Source: an uncultured virus (IMG/VR IMGVR_UViG_3300028422_001054) (Duplodnaviria; Heunggongvirae; Uroviricota; Caudoviricetes). From it: a stretch of 64,000 nucleotides of DNA. The notes under the pieces were generated by a model. That model searched no databases. It was given only the letters and a program-made list of their open reading frames with translations, and was not told the origin of the DNA. The stretch lies in the IMG/VR virus record IMGVR_UViG_3300028422_001054; one strand, 5' to 3'. The position numbers were made by a program, and so were the translations under genes. Positions 19,662-29,472 of the stretch are shown here, piece by piece (within the stretch, counting starts at the first letter, position 1; each line of letters begins with the position of its first letter).

Positions 19662-21787
19662 TGAGTAGTATAGATTCTTGGCTTGATCCTGAAATGCTAA
19701 CTGATTTTTGGAAGCAATTAGCTTTAGCAATATCGAAGGAAGATAATCTAATAAAGAATTATATCGCTCAGATTTTAAATGCAGTGGATGTTGAGGCCAT
19801 GACGGAGAACCAGCTTCGAGAAGAAAATACATTCTTCAATGTTCCTTATTCTAAGAGTATTGTAGACGATAAGAATATTTATGATAGAAATGAATTTGTT
19901 TTTAACGATATTGATTTTTATGGGTCGTCATCCATACCTTTCTTGGATATTCAAGGGTCTCAAAAAGTATGGTCGATTTCTTCTACTTTAGCATCCCCAG
20001 CAGAAATAAGATTAGGAACTTTTAACATAACGCAAGCTCCTCAGATTTTAACTTTTGGATTTTGGGTGTATACTGAATCATCTATAGATATCTCTTATGG
20101 TATTCGTATAGCTTCCTCTCTGGGGGTTACAGAACTTTCCTCTACAAGTACTACGAATGCTGGTTGGACAAAGTTAGTATATGTGTCCCCACAAATTTAC
20201 GAGTTTACTTACAACATTACGCCTTTTATTAGGAGTGGTTTTACTTTAAATATATCTAAACCTTTTTTATACAGAGATTCTGACTCTACTGACTACATAA
20301 AATCTTTGGTTTGGGAGAGAGAAGAGACGAAAAATATCAGATTTAAAATGTATGCTCGAAATACGATAGAGTATTACTTATCAATTTTTAAATCTATTTT
20401 TGAACTAGGTACTTATGGGAGATATACTCTATCGATATTAGATGGGAGAAGTTACTTAGTAAAAGACTATAAATCTCTACATGATTCAATACGAACTTCA
20501 GAAGACTTAGTAAATCAGGTCTGGTTGCATGAATCTACTTTTGATTTTTCTTCAACAGTAACCTCAGGTAATATAAATAAATTGGATTCGGGACTGTTCC
20601 TAGATAATAATTTACTAATAGATGTTCTACAGAGTATTACTACTACAAAGCATCTTGTTCTTGAATACGGGCTACAAACGTGTAAAGACACGGAAGAAGG
20701 AGCTTTTTTACTACCTACAGGTTATCTTAAGTACTTATCAACACAGGCTGAATTTTCAAAAGATGTTACAGATCAAATGCATTTTGGTTGTCAGTTTAAT
20801 CAAGCTTTCGATATAAATATAAATGCTTATTCTTTTAATAATCCTTTAAGAGTTAATAGATTTCAAAAAATATTTTCAGAGAACGATATAGCTACTTTAG
20901 AAATTGGTTATCTTCCAGTCGAAGTAAGCCTTGAATCTTTTAATGATAACTTTAGCGGATTAAGTGAGTACACTTCTCCGGCATCACCTTTTTTAATTGA
21001 TACACCTTTAGCAACAATCCCTTTGAGTGGACCACAAATACAAAATAATGGCGAAGGATGGATAAATGTTCTTTATGAGTATGTTGGTGGCTATCGAAAT
21101 AAAATAACTCCAGAGATTGTAGGGACACCTACTACTTATACCTATGATCTTGTGGATTCATTTGGTTTCGATGTTAAAACTAATTCAATAAAAGCTACTT
21201 TTCAGGTAGGAGGCGTTATTCATACAGTTTATGAGAATGTTTTAGATGATAATATAGGGACACTAGAGAGGATAAATACCTCAGAAGTTGAACTTAATTT
21301 GAAGAATACTAGAACTAACCACTATTCTGAGGTTATAGATTTAAGCACATCTTCCTTTAACTATAGCTATCCTTCTGAGCTGTCTTCAACATATCAACCA
21401 CTTAGTACTAAGGTTATATATTACGTCGAGGGATCAAGATATGAAGCTTATGAACAAGCTGACCATACTTTATTAGGTCCATACTTAACAGGTAACTCTC
21501 AAGTTCTTTATTCTGAAGGAGTACCTGATTCGCTTTTATTAGACGTAGGAGCTCTGAGTATAACTATATACTCAACAGTTGAAGTATTTTTTTCATACAC
21601 TTCTTCTGAGGGTATTGATAATAATTCTCATATAGTTTTTGAGTATTTCGATTCATATCCAAAAGATATTACACAAATTAGCTTAAACGATATTGATAGA
21701 AATGTCTTAGTATCATGTAATTTTAACCCAATCCAACTAAAATCTTGGGCATATCATTTATCAATTGGACTAGCTTTAAAGGAATAA
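19661..21787 (+). CDS. Putative baseplate/tail structural protein
   Basis: 708-aa beta-rich ORF between baseplate wedge and tail fibre genes. Confidence 0.6.
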   Translation: MSSIDSWLDPEMLTDFWKQLALAISKEDNLIKNYIAQILNAVDVEAMTENQLREENTFFNVPYSKSIVDDKNIYDRNEFVFNDIDFYGSSSIPFLDIQGSQKVWSISSTLASPAEIRLGTFNITQAPQILTFGFWVYTESSIDISYGIRIASSLGVTELSSTSTTNAGWTKLVYVSPQIYEFTYNITPFIRSGFTLNISKPFLYRDSDSTDYIKSLVWEREETKNIRFKMYARNTIEYYLSIFKSIFELGTYGRYTLSILDGRSYLVKDYKSLHDSIRTSEDLVNQVWLHESTFDFSSTVTSGNINKLDSGLFLDNNLLIDVLQSITTTKHLVLEYGLQTCKDTEEGAFLLPTGYLKYLSTQAEFSKDVTDQMHFGCQFNQAFDININAYSFNNPLRVNRFQKIFSENDIATLEIGYLPVEVSLESFNDNFSGLSEYTSPASPFLIDTPLATIPLSGPQIQNNGEGWINVLYEYVGGYRNKITPEIVGTPTTYTYDLVDSFGFDVKTNSIKATFQVGGVIHTVYENVLDDNIGTLERINTSEVELNLKNTRTNHYSEVIDLSTSSFNYSYPSELSSTYQPLSTKVIYYVEGSRYEAYEQADHTLLGPYLTGNSQVLYSEGVPDSLLLDVGALSITIYSTVEVFFSYTSSEGIDNNSHIVFEYFDSYPKDITQISLNDIDRNVLVSCNFNPIQLKSWAYHLSIGLALKE

Positions 21788-21790
21788 TTA

Positions 21791-24700
21791 ATGGCAGGAA
21801 TAGGTAATCAACTAGTATCATATAGCTACAAAATGGAAGCTACTTCAAAGTTATTTAATAGTTTAAACCATGGGGTATTAGATAAAGGAGTTTATTCCGG
21901 AGCAGAGTTTTTAAAAGCTGTATCTGCAACTACAACAGAGTTTAGAATTACCCCAGGAACTTTTATTTTTATTACCGAAAATGAAGGTGTTGCAGCAAAA
22001 ATAACTACTCAAGAAGTTATTACAATAGATAAAGCTACTTATGGCTTTGATGACCTACATAATACTGTAGTAGCTAGGTTTAAGTGGTTGAATGCTGAAG
22101 GGACTTATATGGAGATACGATGTGTAGATCCATTAATAAATGAAGGTTCTTTGTCTAATAGACATGCCGAAGATATTATTTTAGGAACTCTTTCTACAAG
22201 TTTAGGGCTTTTAAACAGTACGCTTAGTATCAATTCTTTGTTTAATACAGAGAACAGAGATATTCCTTCCATTAGAAAAGACTTTATAGAACCAAACTTT
22301 AGAGTTTATGCTACCGTACCGTATACAAACTCAGTAAACATAAGCTCAGGACATATTCAAGCAAAATCTCAAGAAATTATTTATGGAGGTGTTACAGCTT
22401 TTCCAAATAATGATAAAATTGTAACATCTCACCAGGGATTAACAGAACTAACATCAGTATCTCAAGTAGGATTCACCTTACCAAGTGCGTCTCTTAAAAG
22501 AAAAGATCTTATATATCTTGTAGTAGAGAACGATGATTTACGAGTAGAAGTTCTTCAAGGGACTGCTGTTACGTTAGCTAGTACCGCAATTGCTCCAGAA
22601 TATTTAGGTAGAAATGTTATCGCAGAGGTTACTGTACGAGGTGACAGGTCCTACATTGCCCCTGAAGATATTAAAACAGTATCTACAATTACTAAAGACC
22701 TTTCTAAAGCACTTTTTATTGATTTAAAATCTCGTTCGTTAGACACTTGTTCGTCAAATGGAGATTACATATTTACATCAGTGCTTAATAATCCTGTAGG
22801 GACTCCTGCTTCTTATGGGCTTCCTTCTGATTTAACGCTTGTAGATAGTCAAAATATTGCAGGAGTGTTAACAACAAAAGGAAATAGTTCTCAAGATATT
22901 TATCAAACTCTTATTCTTCAAGAAAATGACCAGATTTTACGGCCTAGGATATATAATAGACAAAGTGATGGAGGTGTTTTTACTTCATGGGTTGAGTCTA
23001 ATGTGAAGAAAAATATTGTTGGATTAACAGATTCAGACTCTCCTATTTTTGCAGGGTTGACTTTAACAGGGATAGCTACATTTTCCGGAAGTTCTATAGA
23101 CTTTACAAAGCCTTTAGGGATTACTGACAACAGTATTTCGGTTTACAGGAATACTGCCTCTGGAACATACGGCTTAAACTTTATTAGATCTAGTATTACA
23201 CGAGGTTATGTTTCTTTTGATTTTTCTTCATCTCAATTGAAATTTCAAGCGGACGGGTCATACTCTTTTAGAAACGCTGCTGATACAGCTAACTTAGTTA
23301 CACTAACAGACACTGCATATAATAGTTATGTTCCAAATGTAATTACTGTTTCCTCAGGAACCCCTTTAGCCATTAAAGCAACAGTTCCGACTAGTTCTTC
23401 ATATATTTCTTTTATAAACAATCTATCAAATAAAGACGTGTTTTTTGGGCTTGGTAACTCAGAAAATTCAGGAGTATCAGTAAGAGACAGGAGTTATTGG
23501 TACGCTAATACATCACTAGGTTTATCTTTAATCGCTAATAACAATGATATAAGGTTTTACTTTAACATAGGAACAGAATCAGCCAGAATGTTTTCATCAG
23601 GTCGTTGGGGGTTCGGTGCAATTGTTGATGATGGAACTCATGCAGTACAGATTGCAGGAAGAGTTCGCTATGGAATCGGAGATAGCTATATAAGTTCACA
23701 ACATATTTCAGATTATAACATGATAACGTTTTCTAGTTCTGGGGTAGCATCTTCTAATCAATACTTAATAGCTTATTCTGATTTACATAACGTAACTCCG
23801 TTAGCTTTGGCGTTAAAAAACCTAGTAGGAGATATAGGATTTTATACTGGAGCAAGCGTTACAGAAAGATTAAAAATTACTAAAAATGGTGAGGTTCTAA
23901 TTGGCACAATTTCAAGTAATACCGCAGGTAGTAAATTACAAGTAGTAGGAGAAACAGAGTTAAGAGATGATGGTGCTTTTCCCCTAACTTTATATCGATC
24001 TAGTAAGGTTGCTAATGCTGGAGTAGTGTTGAATTTCGGATTAAATAATTCAAACGACATTAGAGTAATATACAGTCGGTTAGTTGGAAGTCTAGTCACA
24101 AATACCGCTGGTAGTGAAAAAGGTGAACTAAAGGTAGGGGTTACTTTTAATGGTTCAAACATCTATACAACTCAGTTTTTAGGAGATAGTACTGTTAGTT
24201 CTGTACCACTATCTATTAATGTATCAACTGCAGCAGCAGAACCTTTAAAAATAAAGAGTACAGTATCAGTATCGTCATCGTATCTTTTGTTTGAAAATGA
24301 TTTGGGCGACAGGAAGCCTACATTTGGAGTAGGAAATTCAGCACATCCTTATGCTTCCATTTTAGGACGTGGTTTTTGGAGCAGTAACTCAGCTTTAGGA
24401 TTATCTCTTCTAGGAAACAATACTGACATCCGATTTTACAAAGATTTATCAACTGAATCAGCTAGAATGTTTAGTTCAGGTCGATGGGGTTTTGGGACAA
24501 CTGTTGATGATGGTGCAAATACGATTCAAATAGTAGGTGGATTGTCAATAAAAAAGTCAGTATCAGGAACTTTTTCAGCTTTAACATTAGCTAATCTCTC
24601 AGGTGCAACAAATGATGAAGTTGTTCTTGATTTTTCAATTGCTTCTGCTGGGCTTGTAACATCTAGAATTATATCAAAAAAAATAGGAGGTGCAGGGGCT

Positions 24701-26956
24701 TCAAATTTAATATTTCAAAACTATTCTGGAACAGAGATGGTAACTTCATTAACTGTTGGTTATCAAACCATTATAACAAATAAACAAGTTATTTATAGAA
24801 TAGATGATGTTGAAAACGCTCGTATATTTAGTTCAGGTCGATGGGGATTTGGTACAACTACAGATAATGGTTATACAGTTCAGGTAGCTGGGACTTTATC
24901 AGTTAATAATAAATTAACAATAGGAGATAGCTTAATAACTGCATCAAAACCAGTTTTAATAAACTCTGGAGTGTCATCGGTTGAATCTATGATAATAGAT
25001 GGAATAGGCACTCTAACAGGATTGACAATAAAAGTAGCAACATCAACAAAGGGAAGAGTTTGGGCAAATAGTACTTCTGGTTTTTTTGCAGTAGGAGCAG
25101 GAAATGAAACAGACAGTATTCTTTTTAAAAATGGGAATGCACTTTTTGGAAGTAATGTTGATACTGGGGAAAAATGGCAGGTAACAGGAACAGGCAAAAT
25201 ATCGCACTCTCTTAGAATTGACAATCAAAAGCCATTGGTTAAACTTGGAACAATAGCAGACTTAAAGGCATACGTTCCAGTTGACAACGAAGTATTAGTG
25301 AAAGTATCGGGTTATTACACTGCTAATTCTTGCCCAGACATCCCAATTTATAGTTATGATCCCTCAAGCACAGAGACACCAAACAATTACTCTATAATAC
25401 AGCCCACAGCCGTAACAGGAGCAGGGCGATTTAAATATAATGTAGAGGTATTAGATGCTAGTTGGAGTCCAGCGATAGGAGATGGAGTTACAGATGACTC
25501 TACAATAATCAATGAACTAATCACAAAAACAAAAGGTTATTTAATAATTGATAAAGATTATTATGTACCGAACCTTGTGAACCTTAATGGTATAAAATTC
25601 AAGGGTTCGGGAAGGCTTTTAAAAGATGCTAAAGGTAGTGGAAAAGATAGGGCAAACTCAGAATCCGATAACTATCAATATGTGTTTGGAAGAGAATATT
25701 TATCTCATTTTCATCAAAAATATATTGATGGATGGACAGCAAAACCGAAAGTTATTTTTTCAGGAGACAGTACTACATGGGGTGTGCCTAGTTCTTTGTA
25801 TAATGTAAATGAGCTTTTTGAAAATGTAGCAAACGCAAAAGGTATGCAGACAGTATATGGAATTGATAGTATAAACGCTGGTCATTCTGGGGAAAGTACA
25901 GCAACATGGCTATCAACACATTTAGATGTAGATATGGCACAAAATCCAAATCTTTACGTTTTAAGATGGGGAATAAATGATGGTGCATTAAATCCAGCAA
26001 CATTTTTATCTAATCTTAGAGCAGGATTGTATAAAATTAGAGTAACTTTAGGAAAGCAAATTGATTCTTTATCAATAATTTTAATGGCTCCTAACTCAAC
26101 AAATGATACTCCAAATGGAAGAGATGCAACGTGGTATGAATCTCAACTGCAAGGGCTAAAAGAAATAGCAAGAGAGTTTAGTTGTGTTTTTATTGACACC
26201 TATTCATATTTTAGAAATGTAGCATCAGCATCAAATATTTATATGGATGATCCTTATGGTAACGGTATAGCAATACACCCTTATCCAGTAATGTATCAGT
26301 GGATAACAAGCATAATTAGTGATGTAGTATTTCCTGATGTTGTATGTTCTAAGGCTTCTTTAACTAACTTTACATCGACATCAGGGGGAGAAGCTACAAC
26401 TCCGATTGCAACAGTACCTTCAAGTTTTGGATACGGCTTAACAGCAAGAAGAACAGCACCGGGGGATGGATATCAATATGATGGGAATATCTTTACACTA
26501 AGAACAGGGGATGAAACATTATTTCAAATAAATTTTCCTTACGGTACCAATTCAAGAGATTTTAGTTTTAGGGTTGGAAGCAGTGCTACTGATCAATGGT
26601 CGACATTTTCAAGAGTTGGAGGAGCTTTTTTTACGCTAACAAGCCCATACACTATACCAGCTAGACCATCAGCAGGACTTATTATTAAAGTAGAGGGATC
26701 ATTAGCTTGTTTAAGTGGATATATAACAATCCCAGCAACAACAATACCTGTAGGTGGTATTATCGCAACAATACCAGCAGGAGTAAGAATAACAACAACG
26801 GATTCAATTCTTATCTTGGGAACTACAAACGCATCAGGTATAGCACATGTTAGAATAGAAATTAATCCCGATGGAACAATAACATGCCCTGATGGGGTTT
26901 CTAATCCAGGATCACCATACAGATTATATATAAATGCTATCTATGATATAGGTTAA
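21791..26956 (+). CDS. Tail fibre/spike with SGNH-hydrolase domain
   Basis: 1721 aa, G/S/T-rich; three AR(M/I)FSSGRWGFG repeats; GDGVTDD; SGNH blocks GDS, GHSG, GIND, IHP. Confidence 0.85.
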   Translation: MAGIGNQLVSYSYKMEATSKLFNSLNHGVLDKGVYSGAEFLKAVSATTTEFRITPGTFIFITENEGVAAKITTQEVITIDKATYGFDDLHNTVVARFKWLNAEGTYMEIRCVDPLINEGSLSNRHAEDIILGTLSTSLGLLNSTLSINSLFNTENRDIPSIRKDFIEPNFRVYATVPYTNSVNISSGHIQAKSQEIIYGGVTAFPNNDKIVTSHQGLTELTSVSQVGFTLPSASLKRKDLIYLVVENDDLRVEVLQGTAVTLASTAIAPEYLGRNVIAEVTVRGDRSYIAPEDIKTVSTITKDLSKALFIDLKSRSLDTCSSNGDYIFTSVLNNPVGTPASYGLPSDLTLVDSQNIAGVLTTKGNSSQDIYQTLILQENDQILRPRIYNRQSDGGVFTSWVESNVKKNIVGLTDSDSPIFAGLTLTGIATFSGSSIDFTKPLGITDNSISVYRNTASGTYGLNFIRSSITRGYVSFDFSSSQLKFQADGSYSFRNAADTANLVTLTDTAYNSYVPNVITVSSGTPLAIKATVPTSSSYISFINNLSNKDVFFGLGNSENSGVSVRDRSYWYANTSLGLSLIANNNDIRFYFNIGTESARMFSSGRWGFGAIVDDGTHAVQIAGRVRYGIGDSYISSQHISDYNMITFSSSGVASSNQYLIAYSDLHNVTPLALALKNLVGDIGFYTGASVTERLKITKNGEVLIGTISSNTAGSKLQVVGETELRDDGAFPLTLYRSSKVANAGVVLNFGLNNSNDIRVIYSRLVGSLVTNTAGSEKGELKVGVTFNGSNIYTTQFLGDSTVSSVPLSINVSTAAAEPLKIKSTVSVSSSYLLFENDLGDRKPTFGVGNSAHPYASILGRGFWSSNSALGLSLLGNNTDIRFYKDLSTESARMFSSGRWGFGTTVDDGANTIQIVGGLSIKKSVSGTFSALTLANLSGATNDEVVLDFSIASAGLVTSRIISKKIGGAGASNLIFQNYSGTEMVTSLTVGYQTIITNKQVIYRIDDVENARIFSSGRWGFGTTTDNGYTVQVAGTLSVNNKLTIGDSLITASKPVLINSGVSSVESMIIDGIGTLTGLTIKVATSTKGRVWANSTSGFFAVGAGNETDSILFKNGNALFGSNVDTGEKWQVTGTGKISHSLRIDNQKPLVKLGTIADLKAYVPVDNEVLVKVSGYYTANSCPDIPIYSYDPSSTETPNNYSIIQPTAVTGAGRFKYNVEVLDASWSPAIGDGVTDDSTIINELITKTKGYLIIDKDYYVPNLVNLNGIKFKGSGRLLKDAKGSGKDRANSESDNYQYVFGREYLSHFHQKYIDGWTAKPKVIFSGDSTTWGVPSSLYNVNELFENVANAKGMQTVYGIDSINAGHSGESTATWLSTHLDVDMAQNPNLYVLRWGINDGALNPATFLSNLRAGLYKIRVTLGKQIDSLSIILMAPNSTNDTPNGRDATWYESQLQGLKEIAREFSCVFIDTYSYFRNVASASNIYMDDPYGNGIAIHPYPVMYQWITSIISDVVFPDVVCSKASLTNFTSTSGGEATTPIATVPSSFGYGLTARRTAPGDGYQYDGNIFTLRTGDETLFQINFPYGTNSRDFSFRVGSSATDQWSTFSRVGGAFFTLTSPYTIPARPSAGLIIKVEGSLACLSGYITIPATTIPVGGIIATIPAGVRITTTDSILILGTTNASGIAHVRIEINPDGTITCPDGVSNPGSPYRLYINAIYDIG

Positions 26957-26966
26957 GGAGAGCAAT

Positions 26967-27242
26967 ATGGCATTAACAACAACAACTGAAATTTTAGGAG
27001 AAGAAAAAGAGGTTTATGCAAAAACAGTATATTTTGCAACAAACTTTAACGGAGAATGCGAGGTAAAATTAGGAAACTTTTTATCTAAAGAAGCACGAGA
27101 AAAAAACATTGAGAATGGTGTAAGAAAGAGACCAAATATTGAGTATACGGATGAGGTAAAAGAAAAGCTAGACCTAATTAACGGATTAGTGTATGATATT
27201 CTTAAATTACAGAAAGAGTTTGAAAACTCTTCAGATGCGTAG
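26967..27242 (+). CDS. Tail-fibre-associated small protein
   Basis: Directly follows the fibre gene; AAGGAG RBS; ends F..S.DA. Confidence 0.55.
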   Translation: MALTTTTEILGEEKEVYAKTVYFATNFNGECEVKLGNFLSKEAREKNIENGVRKRPNIEYTDEVKEKLDLINGLVYDILKLQKEFENSSDA

Positions 27243-27250
27243 GAGATTAC

Positions 27251-27658
27251 ATGCGAACAAAATTGTATTTACAAGAATGTGTTATTCCGCTTATTAATGG
27301 GTTTGGTTCTAAAGAGGAGTGTTCTATCAAGAATACATCTTTATCCTCTAAGATCTTTAAGTTTAAGAAATTTCACAAAGACCTTGTTGAAGAACTTCAA
27401 GAACAAGGACAAGCTTTAGCAGAGAAATGGGTAGTTCCAAAAACTTTTGAGCTAGACGAAAAAGGTCTTTTTAAATCTGGTTCTAAGGGAGATTATTTGA
27501 TGTTCCTTAAAGAGAATAGTGAGCTTCTTTCAGAAGAAATCGCTGATTGCGATATTACTTTCTCGATGGCTGATTTTGAGGGGTCTGAGATTGCTCATTG
27601 GATTCTAAATCTACTAGATGATTTTAATTTATTGGTTGAACCTACTCCTTCTACTTAA
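27251..27658 (+). CDS. Hypothetical protein in tail module
   Basis: AGGAG RBS; acidic helical protein. Confidence 0.6.
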   Translation: MRTKLYLQECVIPLINGFGSKEECSIKNTSLSSKIFKFKKFHKDLVEELQEQGQALAEKWVVPKTFELDEKGLFKSGSKGDYLMFLKENSELLSEEIADCDITFSMADFEGSEIAHWILNLLDDFNLLVEPTPST

Positions 27659-27720
27659 GGTAGTTAGTTAAACCTAGGTATCCCTTTATTGACTATATAT
27701 CATAAGGGGATACTTTTAAC

Positions 27721-28854
27721 GTGAAAGAAAAATCTATAAAAATACTTGGATTCATAATAATAGCTTTGGCTTTAATTTTCGGATCATTAACCTGGTTTGT
27801 TCAAGGAGCTCTTGAAACAGATTATTCCAAAGATTTACAAGAAAATCAAACTAATTATACACAAACAATAGACCTTATCGATTCAAACGAATGGTTATTA
27901 CTTAGCAATACTCTTTTAGCTTATATTGAGAAAGCTCAAAGCGAGGGAGTTTTTATGGTGGAAGAAGTCGCTTATCGATCTGAAACTGTTTTTAATGGTA
28001 ATTCACCCCATTTAGCTAACGCTATAGATACTTATTCGCAACCTAACAATCCTTTCAGGATTATAATTTCAGAAGTTTTTAAAGATTCTTATTTCAATAA
28101 TATTCGTGCTAATAATATGGATCCTTTTTTCTTGAAAGGGTATTTTGTCGAAGAAGATAATTCCGATGATTGTGCTTCTTTTGGTAGCTCTAGGTCCGTA
28201 GAAGATGAATTTAAAATGCACGCAAATCCATACCTAGCTCGATACTTATTTTACACGATTCTTTCAGCAGATTTAGAGAACGTAGGTAAGGCTCCTATAG
28301 AAAATGTTTTATTTATGCAGTTTGATACTCATTCAGAAGGCGTAGACCTTCAAACCCCTTATGCAAATGAGTATGGTATAGTAATCCCCGAAGATCAAGT
28401 AAATAAAAAAGCTTTAGTTTTAGAGTCCTACGATTTAGAAGGTTTAAAAACATATTTCTTAGCAACGAAATCTTATGAAAAAACTTTTGAAGCTTTTGAG
28501 TTTGTGGTTCCTTCTTATATTTATAGTAACGAGGATATTTCAGGACGACTTTACATAGAAGGTGGAAAAAGAACTTCCGTAGATAAACTAATTATTAATG
28601 TAGTTTTTAATTTTAAAAGTGTTATAAATAATAATTCTACTTTAAGAAAAGACCTTGATCTTTTTAAACAAGCAAGGCTTACTGCAAAAACTAAATACGA
28701 TACAGTTCATGACCTATTACATAGGAGATATACTAGTAATGAGAGATTAACTTATTTCATAATAATTCTTCTTTCGATAGTTTGTTTCATGTCTTTATAT
28801 TTTACTCAAAAACTAACAAAGGAGTTCTCTAGTGAAGGAGACACTAATCTTTAG
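27721..28854 (+). CDS. Membrane protein, two TM helices flanking a large extracytoplasmic domain
   Basis: Hydrophobic segments at aa ~8-28 and ~343-362. Confidence 0.7.
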   Translation: MKEKSIKILGFIIIALALIFGSLTWFVQGALETDYSKDLQENQTNYTQTIDLIDSNEWLLLSNTLLAYIEKAQSEGVFMVEEVAYRSETVFNGNSPHLANAIDTYSQPNNPFRIIISEVFKDSYFNNIRANNMDPFFLKGYFVEEDNSDDCASFGSSRSVEDEFKMHANPYLARYLFYTILSADLENVGKAPIENVLFMQFDTHSEGVDLQTPYANEYGIVIPEDQVNKKALVLESYDLEGLKTYFLATKSYEKTFEAFEFVVPSYIYSNEDISGRLYIEGGKRTSVDKLIINVVFNFKSVINNNSTLRKDLDLFKQARLTAKTKYDTVHDLLHRRYTSNERLTYFIIILLSIVCFMSLYFTQKLTKEFSSEGDTNL

Positions 28855-29230
28855 CCCAGAAGAAATAAATGAGTTATTAAGATTTTTATCAGTATATTTA
28901 TCTCTATTTTTAGGGTCTTCTATAGGTACTTATACTAAATGTATGCTATTCCCATCTAAAAATAACTTTAAACAATGGGTTGGCTTAGCTATACTTGCGA
29001 GTTTGATTTCTCTTAAAATTTATTTAATGCTTGATGAAACATCTTTGCCCCAAATATTTCTAGTATGTACTACTGTAGGTTTTGTAACACCTGCTTTTAA
29101 GTCTTGGTTTAAAGGTAAAAAGTTAGTAAAGATTTTCATAAATGCTTTTAAGAAAACAAATGATTTAACTTCTACATTGATTGATGAATTAGGGGAATCT
29201 TTAGACAAGGAGACATCAGATGACAGATAA
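28832..29230 (+). CDS. Small multi-TM membrane protein, holin-like
   Basis: Three hydrophobic segments and a charged C-terminus. Confidence 0.55.
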   Translation: MKETLIFSPEEINELLRFLSVYLSLFLGSSIGTYTKCMLFPSKNNFKQWVGLAILASLISLKIYLMLDETSLPQIFLVCTTVGFVTPAFKSWFKGKKLVKIFINAFKKTNDLTSTLIDELGESLDKETSDDR

Positions 29231-29471
29231 TATTGCTTTAACAAAAGATACTTGGGTAGAGATATCGTCAGTTTCTGTCGATTTTCAAATACAGGGACAA
29301 TTTCCAGCATTTATTACAGAGCAAGCTTCCTTACCTGCAATAGATACTATCGATAAGAAAACTGCATTGCCTGGTAAGATGTATACATATACTAAGTTAG
29401 ATGGTAATTTTTATGCAAGGGCTGTAGGACAAAATACCTCAATATCTTTTGATCCTATAGTAGGAGCTTAG
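29220..29471 (+). CDS. Small putative virion protein
   Basis: AAGGAG RBS; beta-rich 83 aa. Confidence 0.55.
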   Translation: MTDNIALTKDTWVEISSVSVDFQIQGQFPAFITEQASLPAIDTIDKKTALPGKMYTYTKLDGNFYARAVGQNTSISFDPIVGA

Positions 29472-29472
29472 T

